A stretch of 53,359 nucleotides of DNA from an uncultured Bacilli bacterium (GTDB lineage: Bacteria; Bacillota_I; Bacilli_A; RF39; UBA660). This document shows positions 1-8,445 of this stretch, piece after piece. Every line of letters starts with the position of its first letter. Position 1 is the first letter of the stretch. The position numbers and the translations under genes are program-made. The notes under the pieces were generated by a model. That model saw nothing but the letters and a program-made list of their open reading frames with translations, ran no database searches and had not been told where the DNA came from. The stretch lies in the NCBI GenBank assembly GCA_944363775.1, contig CALVVE010000001.1, positions 1 to 53,359 on the forward strand. Direction: 5' to 3'.

Positions 1-352
1 TCCATGTACCTTTAATATTAACATCAATGTGGAAATCACGAACACTAGTAGACATTTCATCAAATCTAACTAATTTAACAACACCTGCATTATTAACTAA
101 AATATCAATACGTTCATATTTAGCAATTACCTCGGCAATAACTTTATCCACATTTTCACGATTAGTAATATCTACATTATACCCAACTACATCATTATAT
201 TCTTGTTTTAAATTATTAACAGTTTCATCTAAACATTTAGCTTTATCAACAATAATAACTTTTGCTCCTAATTTTAAGAATACTTTAACGATTCCTAAAC
301 CATTACCCATAGCTCCACCAGTAACAATTGCAATTTTACCATTTAAATTCAT
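1..352 (-). CDS. Short-chain dehydrogenase/reductase (SDR) family oxidoreductase, N-terminal part; the C-terminus lies off the window
   Basis: The reverse-strand translation starts MNLNGKIAIVTGGAMGNGLGIVKVF..., a Rossmann TGGxxGxG motif, and later has NNAG. ATG is at 352-350, preceded by GGGGATGA. The listed plus-strand ORF 27..380 is its antisense shadow. Confidence 0.8.
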   Translation of the reverse strand, partial: MNLNGKIAIVTGGAMGNGLGIVKVFLKLGAKVIIVDKAKCLDETVNNLKQEYNDVVGYNVDITNRENVDKVIAEVIAKYERIDILVNNAGVVKLVRFDEMSTSVRDFHIDVNIKGTW

Positions 353-379
353 TTTATCATCCCCTATTTTTCCATTTTA

Positions 380-408
380 ATTATAACATTTTAATAAATA
401 TATGTAAA
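380..408 (-). promoter_or_regulatory. Sigma-A-type promoter for the SDR gene
   Basis: On the minus strand: TTTACA (408-403), a 17-nt spacer, then TGTTATAAT (extended -10, TATAAT at 385-380). Confidence 0.4.
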
Positions 409-496
409 TTGTGAAATGATTTTTTAAAATTATCTATCTAATATGTTACTTTTTTTATTGAAATATAATGTTATTATTTATTGTAAAGGCAAAGTA

Positions 497-518
497 AAAA
501 AGAACCTTAGTTCTTTTT
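497..518 (-). terminator. Weak hairpin at the typA stop codon, a possible intrinsic terminator
   Basis: AAAAAGAAC-TAAG-GTTCTTTTT on the minus strand. The stem is mostly A:U, and the stop codon sits in the loop. Confidence 0.3.
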
Positions 519-2321
519 AGCATCATATTTTTTTCTTTCGCTTGTATTTAAAATTCTTTTACGCATACGGAAGTTTTCTGGTGTAACTTCTACTAATTCA
601 TCAGAATTAATATAATCTAAGCAATATTCTAAAGTAAGTAATCTTGGTCTTTTTAACACTACTGTATGATCACTACCACTTGCACGTGTATTTGTTAATT
701 TTTTACCTTTAACAACATTTACAGCTAAATCATTATCATGACTATGTTCACCAACTATCATACCTTCATATACTTCAGTACCTGGAGTAATAAACATTAC
801 ACCACGATCTTCAAGTTGTCCTAAAGCATAAGCAGTTGCTTTACCGTTTTCCATAGAAACTAATACACCTAACTTACGTTCTCCAACTTTATTACTTGCC
901 ATTGGTTGGTATTCTTTAAATGTATGATTAATCATTCCATAACCTTTAGTCATAGTCATAAATTCTGTCATAAATCCAATTAAACCACGTGATGGAACTG
1001 TATATTGTAATCTAACTTGATTTTCAATATGTTCCATATTTTCCATTTGACCTTCACGAAGACCTAAAGCTTCAATAACATTTCCAACATATTCTTCAGG
1101 AACATCAATTTGAACATCTTCGAATGGTTCACATTTTACACCATCTATTTCTTTAATAATAACTTCTGGTTTTGATACTTGTAATTCAAATCCTTCACGA
1201 CGCATGTTTTCTATTAATATAGATAGATGAAGTTCACCACGCCCAGAAACAATAAATGATTCACTATCATTTGGTTTAAATTTTAATGAAACATCTTTTT
1301 CAGATTCTTTTTGTAAACGTTCTTCTATTTTTCTAGCAGTTAAAATTTTTCCTTCACGACCAACAAATGGTGATGTATTAACACCAAATGTCATTTGTAA
1401 AGTTGGTTCATCAATACGAAGATGTGGTAAAGCTTCTTCTTGCCCAACAGTACAAATTGTTTCTCCAACACTTATATCAGGAAGTCCAGCAATTGCAACG
1501 ATATCTCCAGCTTCAGCTTCTTCAACTTCAATCTTTTTAAGTCCTAAGTACCCAAATATTTTTTGAATACGGAATTGTTTGATACTACCGTCTAAACGAA
1601 CACAAGATACCATTTCATTTACTTTAACTTTTCCACGTTTTACAACACCAATACCAATTCTTCCAACAAAATCATTATAGTCTAATAAAGCTGGTTGAAA
1701 TTGGAAAGCTCCATCTAAAGATACTTTTGGTGCAGGGATTTCATTAATAATCATATCTAAGATTGGATCCATTGTTGCTTCTTGTGTTGCAATATCTGGA
1801 TTTAAACTTGAAGTTCCAGATAAAGCTGATGCATAAACAACTGGGAATTCTAATTGATCTTCATCAGCACCAAGTTCAATAAATAAATCTAATACTTCAT
1901 CAACTACTTGAGCTGGACGAGCTGTAGGTTTATCAATTTTATTAACAACAACAATTGGTGTAACACCTGCTTCTAAAGCTTTCTTTAATACAAATCTTGT
2001 TTGTGGCATAGTTCCTTCGTATGCATCAACAACTAAAAGTACACCATCCACCATATTCATAATACGTTCTACTTCTCCACCGAAGTCAGCATGTCCAGGA
2101 GTATCTAAGATATTAATACGACATCCTTTATAATCAATAGCTGTTGTCTTAGCTAAAATGGTAATTCCACGTTCTTTTTCAATATCATTAGAATCCATTA
2201 CTCTTTCTTCAACTTGTTCATTATCTCTAAATGTTCCTGACATTTTTAGTAGCTTATCTACTAATGTTGTTTTTCCATGGTCAACATGCGCAATAATTGC
2301 AATATTTCTTATATTTTTCAT
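507..2321 (-). CDS. typA: Translational GTPase TypA/BipA
   Basis: 604 aa. N-terminal G domain [26 protein letters not shown] and NKID, followed by EF-G-like domains. Full-length similarity to BipA. Confidence 0.95.
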   Translation of the reverse strand: MKNIRNIAIIAHVDHGKTTLVDKLLKMSGTFRDNEQVEERVMDSNDIEKERGITILAKTTAIDYKGCRINILDTPGHADFGGEVERIMNMVDGVLLVVDAYEGTMPQTRFVLKKALEAGVTPIVVVNKIDKPTARPAQVVDEVLDLFIELGADEDQLEFPVVYASALSGTSSLNPDIATQEATMDPILDMIINEIPAPKVSLDGAFQFQPALLDYNDFVGRIGIGVVKRGKVKVNEMVSCVRLDGSIKQFRIQKIFGYLGLKKIEVEEAEAGDIVAIAGLPDISVGETICTVGQEEALPHLRIDEPTLQMTFGVNTSPFVGREGKILTARKIEERLQKESEKDVSLKFKPNDSESFIVSGRGELHLSILIENMRREGFELQVSKPEVIIKEIDGVKCEPFEDVQIDVPEEYVGNVIEALGLREGQMENMEHIENQVRLQYTVPSRGLIGFMTEFMTMTKGYGMINHTFKEYQPMASNKVGERKLGVLVSMENGKATAYALGQLEDRGVMFITPGTEVYEGMIVGEHSHDNDLAVNVVKGKKLTNTRASGSDHTVVLKRPRLLTLEYCLDYINSDELVEVTPENFRMRKRILNTSERKKYDAKKN

Positions 2322-2336
2322 AAAAACACTTCCTTC

Positions 2337-2368
2337 AAAAAAACACTTTGTAAATTATATCACAAAGC
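2337..2368 (-). terminator. Intrinsic terminator after the 369-aa orphan gene
   Basis: Minus strand: GCTTTGT, a 10-nt loop, ACAAAGT, then a run of 7 T. It starts about 28 nt after the stop at 2396. Confidence 0.45.
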
Positions 2369-2382
2369 ATTTTTTATGTAAA
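2354..2382 (-). promoter_or_regulatory. Sigma-A promoter for typA with an extended -10
   Basis: Minus strand: TTTACA (2382-2377), a 17-nt spacer, then TGATATAAT (2362-2354). The -10 lies in the loop of the upstream terminator hairpin. Confidence 0.5.
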
Positions 2383-2395
2383 GTTTATATTAAAA

Positions 2396-3505
2396 TTATT
2401 TATTTATTATACAACATTCTAAATTTATATAATCAAATAAACTACGTTTTAACCTATTTTGATAATCTTTTAATTCTTTCGTAATTTTTGAATCTTTAAT
2501 ATCTTTTTCAATCATATCAATAAATTTAATTTGTTCATTAATAGTGTACATTCTTACTAAATTAAAATTACGTGGACCAATTATTTTATCTTTTTTAAAT
2601 AAAGCTGTTGTAATACCATATTCTCCATTAATTTTTAACTTATCTCCAAATTCAATATTAGATTCTGCATAACCAAAATTGAATTTAGAATTTTTATGAA
2701 AAGCAATACTTGCAAAAGAAGTCTCATTTTCTAGTATAATTGGTTTTAAAAGATATGTATTTGTTTTTATATTTGAATTTTCTTTTTTTATATTATGATA
2801 TACAAACATAGGTAATTTATTGTAATAAAAGTTTCTAAAACAAGTATTTTTTACTTTTAAATAAGAATAATTAAATAAACTGTGATAATTATCATGTTCG
2901 TATTTATCTAAAGATTCAAGGGATGCAAGATTATTCAATTTATTAAGCATATTTGGTAAATTTTTATAATAACTAATTTCTTTTTCACTCAAGTCTGACT
3001 GTTCTTCTACATTGTCTTCTAAACTAAAACCTATAACATGTGGAAAATAATCTTCTTTTAACTCAAAACTATAAAGACTATTGTTAGTATATACTAAAAA
3101 TTCTTGATTTTTAAACTTATCATTAAATATATTATAAGAATCAACTAAAGAATCTATTATTTCTTTTTTTTCAGATACTGATGGTATTAACTTTCTTACT
3201 TTATGAACACCTTTCTTGGCTTGACGATAAGTGTCTAAATTAATATTAGTTTTAAATAATTCTTCCTCTTTTTGATTAAGACCAGTAAAACACTCTCTAA
3301 TAGTATTAACATTTTCTTTTATAGCGTTAATTTTATTAACATCTTTACTATTAGATATAAGTTTATAATATTTATTTAAAAAATCTATTAAACGTATTGT
3401 ATCTCCAAAAAAATCATCATCTATTAGCAGCTTCTTATTAAGAGTATTATTGTAATCTTCTACATAACTAGTTATTATTTGCCCAAATTTTTTATAATCT
3501 CTCAT
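2396..3505 (-). CDS. Hypothetical protein, 369 aa, no confidently recognised domain
   Basis: Long ORF with RBS GAGGG 6 nt before the ATG at 3505. It has its own extended -10 promoter and terminator. The N-terminal third is helical, followed by a mixed region containing YFPHVIGF. Confidence 0.7.
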   Translation of the reverse strand: MRDYKKFGQIITSYVEDYNNTLNKKLLIDDDFFGDTIRLIDFLNKYYKLISNSKDVNKINAIKENVNTIRECFTGLNQKEEELFKTNINLDTYRQAKKGVHKVRKLIPSVSEKKEIIDSLVDSYNIFNDKFKNQEFLVYTNNSLYSFELKEDYFPHVIGFSLEDNVEEQSDLSEKEISYYKNLPNMLNKLNNLASLESLDKYEHDNYHSLFNYSYLKVKNTCFRNFYYNKLPMFVYHNIKKENSNIKTNTYLLKPIILENETSFASIAFHKNSKFNFGYAESNIEFGDKLKINGEYGITTALFKKDKIIGPRNFNLVRMYTINEQIKFIDMIEKDIKDSKITKELKDYQNRLKRSLFDYINLECCIINK

Positions 3506-3532
3506 TGTTTACCCTCATTTCCGCATATTTTA

Positions 3533-3541
3533 ATTATATCA
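3533..3541 (-). promoter_or_regulatory. Extended -10 element (TGATATAAT) upstream of the 369-aa orphan gene
   Basis: Minus strand TGATATAAT lies 28 nt upstream of the ATG. There is no good -35. Confidence 0.4.
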
Positions 3542-3562
3542 AAAAAAACACATAACGTGTTT
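3541..3562 (-). terminator. Short hairpin plus T-run after the GT4 transferase gene
   Basis: Minus strand AAACAC-GTTAT-GTGTTT followed by a run of 7-8 T. It overlaps the stop codon at 3561-3563. Confidence 0.4.
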
Positions 3563-4622
3563 ATTTTTTTAATTTTTCCATTATTTTTTCTTTTATACTC
3601 TTTTCAAATACAACATTTGTATTAAAAACAAATAATAATACAATTGTAAGTAATATACCATAACTAATATATCCTAATATTGGATCTTTAAGAACATATA
3701 TAATAGAACATATAGCAAATAAGATGTTAACAAAGTAAATTACTAAAACTGTTGCACGTTGTGATAAATTTCTTTTTAATAATTGATGATGGATGTGAAA
3801 TTTATCGGGTTTTGAAATACTTTCACCCTTTAATAATCTTCTTAAAATAGCAAAACATGTATCTAAAATTGGAATTGCTAAAATTAATAACGGAATAATT
3901 AAAGAAGTCATAGTTACATTTTTAAATCCTAAAAGTGCGATAACAGCAATTATAAGTCCTAAAAACATTGACCCGCTATCACCCATAAAAATACTTGCTG
4001 GATTAAAATTGTGAACTAAAAAACCTAAAGTTGATCCTAACATTACAAAAGTTAAAATAAAATCTAAACCAAATTTACCCTGCATTGTAGCAATTATACC
4101 AATTGTAGCAAAATATATTGAACTAATACCAGCAGCTAGTCCATCTAATCCATCAATTAAATTCATACAGTTGATACATCCTAAAATAAAGAAAATAGTT
4201 AATGGATAAGAAAATATACCAAAATCAAAATATAAACCAAATGCTGAAACATCTTGTAATAAAATATTTCCATAAAAAGTTATAACTAACGAAGCTAATA
4301 TTTGTCCAACTAGTTTATGTGAAGCTTTAAGAGGTTTTATATCATCAACAACACCAGTTAATACAATAATAAAACTAGCAATTAAAATAGAATTCATTGT
4401 TGCGGATGGTTCCCCATATAACATATATCCACATAAGAAAGCAATAAAAATAGCTAAACCACCAAGTCTTGGCATAGGTTTCTTATGTACTTTTCTTTCA
4501 TTAGGTATATCTAAAGCATTAACATGCCTCGCTATATTTCTTATATATGGTACAATACACAAACTAATAATAAATGTACTAATTACCATAAAAAATATTT
4601 TTATATAAATTCTAGAATCCAT
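3561..4622 (-). CDS. Glycosyltransferase family 4 (MraY/WecA/TagO-like): undecaprenyl-phosphate N-acetylhexosamine 1-phosphate transferase
   Basis: Polytopic membrane protein with VDDIKPL, NLIDGLDGLA and FMGDSGSMFLG motifs. The start is moved to ATG 4622 (MDSRIY...) behind GGTGG; the listed ORF start at 4724 looks like an upstream extension. Confidence 0.88.
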   Translation of the reverse strand: MDSRIYIKIFFMVISTFIISLCIVPYIRNIARHVNALDIPNERKVHKKPMPRLGGLAIFIAFLCGYMLYGEPSATMNSILIASFIIVLTGVVDDIKPLKASHKLVGQILASLVITFYGNILLQDVSAFGLYFDFGIFSYPLTIFFILGCINCMNLIDGLDGLAAGISSIYFATIGIIATMQGKFGLDFILTFVMLGSTLGFLVHNFNPASIFMGDSGSMFLGLIIAVIALLGFKNVTMTSLIIPLLILAIPILDTCFAILRRLLKGESISKPDKFHIHHQLLKRNLSQRATVLVIYFVNILFAICSIIYVLKDPILGYISYGILLTIVLLFVFNTNVVFEKSIKEKIMEKLKK

Positions 4623-4743
4623 ATAACCACCTACTACTAGTAGTATATCACAACTATAATTTATATACAATTTTTTAAGCATTTTACATTTACATTTATT
4701 GTCATTTTTAAATTTAATTATCAAAAATGTTACTTTTAATACA

Positions 4744-4765
4744 TAAAAAAACTACTTTCGTAGTT
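4744..4765 (-). terminator. Intrinsic terminator after mreB/mbl
   Basis: Minus strand AACTAC-GAAA-GTAGTT followed by TTTTTT. Confidence 0.6.
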
Positions 4766-5753
4766 ATTTATTAATTAAATGCATATTATCAAGTAAAATA
4801 CCTGTTCCTTCGGCAACACAAGTAAGTGGACTTTCAGCAATAAATACTGGAACTTTTAATTCATGAGCAAGTAAACGATCAAAACCATCTATTAAAGCTC
4901 CACCACCAGTAATAACAACACCTTTATCAATAATATCAGCAGATAATTCTGGTGGAGTTTGTTCAAGTACTGTTTTTGCTTCATGAACTAACATATAAAC
5001 ACTTTCACGTAAAGCTTCTTCTACTTCTTCAGAACAAAGTGTTATAGTATGAGGAAGCCCAGTAACTAAATCTCTACCTCTAACTTCCATTTTTTCACTT
5101 TTTCCATCAGGAAAAACAGTACCAATTGTCATTTTTATTTCTTCTGCAGTGCGATCACCAATTAATAATTTATATTTATCCTTAATATATTTAATAATAT
5201 CAGAATCAAATACATTTCCAGCTATTTTAATTGATGAACTAGTAACAATACCACCTAAAGATAATATAGCAATATCAGTAGTACCTCCACCAACGTCAAT
5301 TACCATATTACCACTTGGTTTAGAAATATCCATTCCCGCACCTACTGCAGCAACCTTTGGTTCTTCTTCTAAAAAGACTTTTTTAGCTCCTGTTCTTTCA
5401 GCAGCTTCTTTAATAGCATTTTGTTCAACTTGAGTTATGTTTGATGGACAACATATTAATATACGTGGTCTTGAAAAGAAACTTTTTCCATTTACTTTTC
5501 TAATGAAGTGATTTAACATTATTTCAGTTATTTCAAAGTCTGCAATAACTCCATCCTTCATTGGTCTAATTGCATGTACTCTTCCTGGAGTTCGTCCAAG
5601 CATTTCACGTGCCTCAGTACCAACCGCTAAAGGTTTTTTTGTTTCTGCATCAATAGCTACAACAGATGGTTCGTTTAATACAATACCTTGTCCTTTTATA
5701 TATATTAATACATTAGCTGTTCCTAAATCTATACCTATATCCTTTGCAAACAT
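4764..5753 (-). CDS. mreB: Rod-shape determining actin homologue MreB/Mbl
   Basis: 329 aa. DLGTANVLIY and DVGGGTTDIA actin-fold phosphate motifs. It lies next to spoIIID, as mbl does in Bacillus, and there is no mreCD adjacent. Confidence 0.93.
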   Translation of the reverse strand: MFAKDIGIDLGTANVLIYIKGQGIVLNEPSVVAIDAETKKPLAVGTEAREMLGRTPGRVHAIRPMKDGVIADFEITEIMLNHFIRKVNGKSFFSRPRILICCPSNITQVEQNAIKEAAERTGAKKVFLEEEPKVAAVGAGMDISKPSGNMVIDVGGGTTDIAILSLGGIVTSSSIKIAGNVFDSDIIKYIKDKYKLLIGDRTAEEIKMTIGTVFPDGKSEKMEVRGRDLVTGLPHTITLCSEEVEEALRESVYMLVHEAKTVLEQTPPELSADIIDKGVVITGGGALIDGFDRLLAHELKVPVFIAESPLTCVAEGTGILLDNMHLINK

Positions 5754-5809
5754 TTTATCACTCTCATTTCTACATAACTTATATTATAACATATTAAATA
5801 AATTTTTGT

Positions 5810-6067
5810 TTAATAAATTGCTAAATTTAAATATTTTTTTCGTGTTGATTCACCACCACGTATATGCCTTATTTTTTTATGAAATAATAATATTTTTTCA
5901 ACTTTAAGAAACATATCATAATCAATTAATTTTAAACGATATTTTAAATCTTTATGAACAGTACTTTTAGAAATTTTAAAAACTTCAGCAATCTCTCTTA
6001 CTGTTTTATTGCTTTCTAAAATATACTTAGCTTCTTCAAGTACTCTATCCTTTATTAATCTATTCAC
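5810..6067 (-). CDS. spoIIID: Stage III sporulation transcriptional regulator SpoIIID
   Basis: TVREIAEVFKISKSTVHKDL HTH and HKKIRHIRGGESTRKKY match SpoIIID. The start is set at GTG 6067 behind AGGGGTG. The listed ORF begins 10 codons upstream. Confidence 0.88.
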   Translation of the reverse strand: MNRLIKDRVLEEAKYILESNKTVREIAEVFKISKSTVHKDLKYRLKLIDYDMFLKVEKILLFHKKIRHIRGGESTRKKYLNLAIY

Positions 6068-6135
6068 TAAAACACCCCTATAGTAAAATATATACATTTA
6101 AAATGTTTTAATGATAGAAAAAAGAGCATACGCTC

Positions 6136-6768
6136 CTATATTTCATTTACTAACTTATCGTAATAATCTTCTGGATTAACAGTAGTACCATTAATAATAA
6201 GTTCAAATAATAAATGACTTCCTAAGTCTTTAGAAATATTAGAAGTTCCACTTTTTCCAATAACTTGTCCTTGTTTTATTGTATCACCTTTTTTTACATT
6301 TGTTTCTGATAAACTTTGATAAACACTAATTATTTTTTCATTGTGTTTAATTTGAACAATATTTCCAAGTAATTTATCATTTTTTACTTCTACTACCTCA
6401 CCATCTAATATAGCTATAACATCAAAATTGTCTTTTCCACCATAAGCAATACCACTATTTTGCATATAAGTATTTTCATGGTATATTAAAGCATTTTGTT
6501 GACTAGTCTCATCAGCTTTATAGTCATAATAATTTTTTAGTATTTTTAATTCAGTATCATTATATGGACGAATTAAAGTAGGTTCAGTATTTACAACTGG
6601 TACTTCTTCTTCTGTAATAGTTTCAGATACATATCCATAATGATCTTCTTCCTTAAAAACAGCATTATTTAACATATTTTCAATTAAATATGCACTACCA
6701 ATACCTAAAATTGCAACTAAGCCATAAATTATAGGAACTATATTTGATTTTAACTTTCTATTTTTCAT
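6136..6768 (-). CDS. SpoIIQ-like membrane protein with a degenerate LytM/M23 domain
   Basis: N-terminal TM segment plus a C-terminal M23-like fold. The HxxxD position reads NSGIAYG and the HxH position reads SHLLFE. It sits between spoIID and spoIIID. Start ATG 6768 is behind GAGGTG. Confidence 0.6.
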   Translation of the reverse strand: MKNRKLKSNIVPIIYGLVAILGIGSAYLIENMLNNAVFKEEDHYGYVSETITEEEVPVVNTEPTLIRPYNDTELKILKNYYDYKADETSQQNALIYHENTYMQNSGIAYGGKDNFDVIAILDGEVVEVKNDKLLGNIVQIKHNEKIISVYQSLSETNVKKGDTIKQGQVIGKSGTSNISKDLGSHLLFELIINGTTVNPEDYYDKLVNEI

Positions 6769-6822
6769 TTTTTTCACCTCTATTTTAAGTGTGAACAAAA
6801 ATGATTTTTTTTATACATACTT

Positions 6823-7749
6823 TTATAATTTTTTTATTTCGACACCTTGATAATAATATTTAATAATTTGATCATAAGTATATCCCTCTTTAGCCATTCC
6901 TTGTGCACCATATTGACTCATACCAACTCCGTGACCATATCCTTTAGTATTTATAACAACATTAGTTCCAACTTGATTAATTGTAAAAAAAGTTGATTTT
7001 AAACCTAATTTTTTATAAACATCATTCGCATTCATTAAATTACCATTAATTTTTAATTCTTTTATACGTCCAGTTGAAGTTGTTTTAACATTTTCAATAT
7101 TTAAAGTATCACTATAATTTAAATTTAATTTAGTATAAAAATCATTTAAACTCATTGTAATTTCTTGTTTATAAACTGGTGAGACTGATTCATCCCAAGT
7201 TGAATCTACACTTTTTAAATAAGGTAACTGAGTTTGAAATACTTCTCCACTGTTTTCTGTTTTACCAGTACTTGTAGAAAAGAAGAATGCTTCAATTACT
7301 TCACCATCATATGCGATATATTCACCCTTTGTTTCTAAAACTGCTTTTTTTATTTTATTTAAATTTGTACTATAATTATTTTTCCACTTTTCTTTCAAAT
7401 CATTATCACCTAAGTAAACTTGATTAGCAACAGTATCAATAACATCGTAATCTTCATTAGTATTATCAGCAATTTTATTTAAAGCATAACTTCTTGCAGC
7501 TAAAGCTTGAGCTTTTAAAGCTTCTAATTCAAAACTAGCAGGCATTTCCCCAGAAAGAACACCAACTATATAATCTTCAAAATACATTTCTTCAATTGTA
7601 TTATTTTCTTCTCTAAAAACTTTTATTTTTAAATCATCTTCATTATATTCAAAATTAATTATTTCTTCAGGCCTAAAGATATTTACAAATAAAAATGAAA
7701 TAAAAATAAGTATTAAAGGAAATAATAAAGTTATAATTATTTTTTTCAT
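6823..7749 (-). CDS. spoIID: Stage II sporulation protein D (SpoIID lytic transglycosylase family)
   Basis: EDYIVGVLSGEMPASFELEALKAQALAARSYAL and HGVGMSQYGA are SpoIID-family signatures. N-terminal TM anchor. Confidence 0.9.
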   Translation of the reverse strand: MKKIIITLLFPLILIFISFLFVNIFRPEEIINFEYNEDDLKIKVFREENNTIEEMYFEDYIVGVLSGEMPASFELEALKAQALAARSYALNKIADNTNEDYDVIDTVANQVYLGDNDLKEKWKNNYSTNLNKIKKAVLETKGEYIAYDGEVIEAFFFSTSTGKTENSGEVFQTQLPYLKSVDSTWDESVSPVYKQEITMSLNDFYTKLNLNYSDTLNIENVKTTSTGRIKELKINGNLMNANDVYKKLGLKSTFFTINQVGTNVVINTKGYGHGVGMSQYGAQGMAKEGYTYDQIIKYYYQGVEIKKL

Positions 7750-7792
7750 ATTCCACCTAAATTATTATATACAATTAAAAATAAATTATTTG

Positions 7793-7817
7793 TCAAAAAA
7801 AATACGATTACTCGTAT
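7793..7817 (-). terminator. Intrinsic terminator after the DUF1146-like gene
   Basis: Minus strand ATACGA-GTAA-TCGTAT followed by a run of 8 T. Confidence 0.6.
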
Positions 7818-8012
7818 TTAAACTAATAAAGTTGTGGTAAAAAAATCTATAAAGAAATTTACTAATAAATATGAAAGTGAAAGAGCAAATATTAAATATA
7901 CAAAACGAGCCTGATAATAACGATTCTTTTTAAAAATACCGTTAATATTAATACTTTCTAAAGCCCATAATACAAATGGTACTACAAAAATATACAAAAC
8001 AAATCTAAGCAT
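7818..8012 (-). CDS. Small integral membrane protein, DUF1146 (YwzB-like)
   Basis: 64 aa with two hydrophobic segments. The pattern ...WALESININGIFKKNRYYQARFVYL... resembles the YwzB family found near spoIID/murA in Bacillus. Confidence 0.6.
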   Translation of the reverse strand: MLRFVLYIFVVPFVLWALESININGIFKKNRYYQARFVYLIFALSLSYLLVNFFIDFFTTTLLV

Positions 8013-8445
8013 TTTCTAAATCCTCTATTTGTTTTAATCTTCTAATATGTCTTTCTTCATTAGAAAATTCAGTATTTACAAATGTTTTTACAATATTTTT
8101 TAACAATTCTATATCTGTATTAGCACTGATAGCTAGAACATTAGCATTATTATGTAATCTTGTATATTTAGCTTCTTCTTCATTACTAACCTTGGCACAT
8201 CTAATTCCTTTTATTTTATTACATGCAATACTCATTCCAATACCAGTACCACAAATAACTATACCTAAATCAGCTTTACCACTAATAACATCATTAGATA
8301 CTTTGGAAGCAATTACTGGATAATCAATAGATTCCACTGAATCAGTTCCTTCATTGATTACTTCATAACCTAAGTTATTTAAAGATTCTTTTAATATATT
8401 TTTTACTTCAACACCACGGTGATCATTTCCAATACTAATTCTCAT
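8005..8445 (-). CDS. rpiB: Ribose-5-phosphate isomerase B (RpiB/LacAB family)
   Basis: 146 aa. MRISIGNDHRG..., GIVICGTGIGMSIACNK and RLHNNANVLA motifs. Confidence 0.9.
   Translation of the reverse strand: MRISIGNDHRGVEVKNILKESLNNLGYEVINEGTDSVESIDYPVIASKVSNDVISGKADLGIVICGTGIGMSIACNKIKGIRCAKVSNEEEAKYTRLHNNANVLAISANTDIELLKNIVKTFVNTEFSNEERHIRRLKQIEDLENA

Noticed and set aside
27-380. A plus-strand 117-aa ORF, plus the other listed ORFs antisense to clear genes: 2158-2484, 5149-5433, 12212-12475, 19972-20322, 32863-33144, 33327-33664, 34322-34540, 40802-41041, 41773-41967, 42518-42832, 45338-45649, 46203-46475, 46611-46856, 50981-51184, 51726-51920 and 52677-53000.
   Set aside because: Each lies inside, and out of frame or antisense to, a gene with strong family signatures. 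Their translations are low-complexity (L/I/S/F-rich) with no RBS. Such shadow ORFs are expected when stop codons are depleted opposite real coding frames.
4623-4724. N-terminal extensions in the ORF track for many genes: the GT4 transferase, spoIIID, the spoIIQ-like gene, rpmE, fba, mntP, spoIIR, murA, dnaB, uvrB, mnmG, rpmH, dnaA, recF and the GH25 gene.
   Set aside because: In each case an internal ATG or GTG preceded by a GGAGG-like RBS matches the conserved N-terminus of the family. The extensions are hydrophobic or low-complexity read-through of upstream AT-rich DNA.
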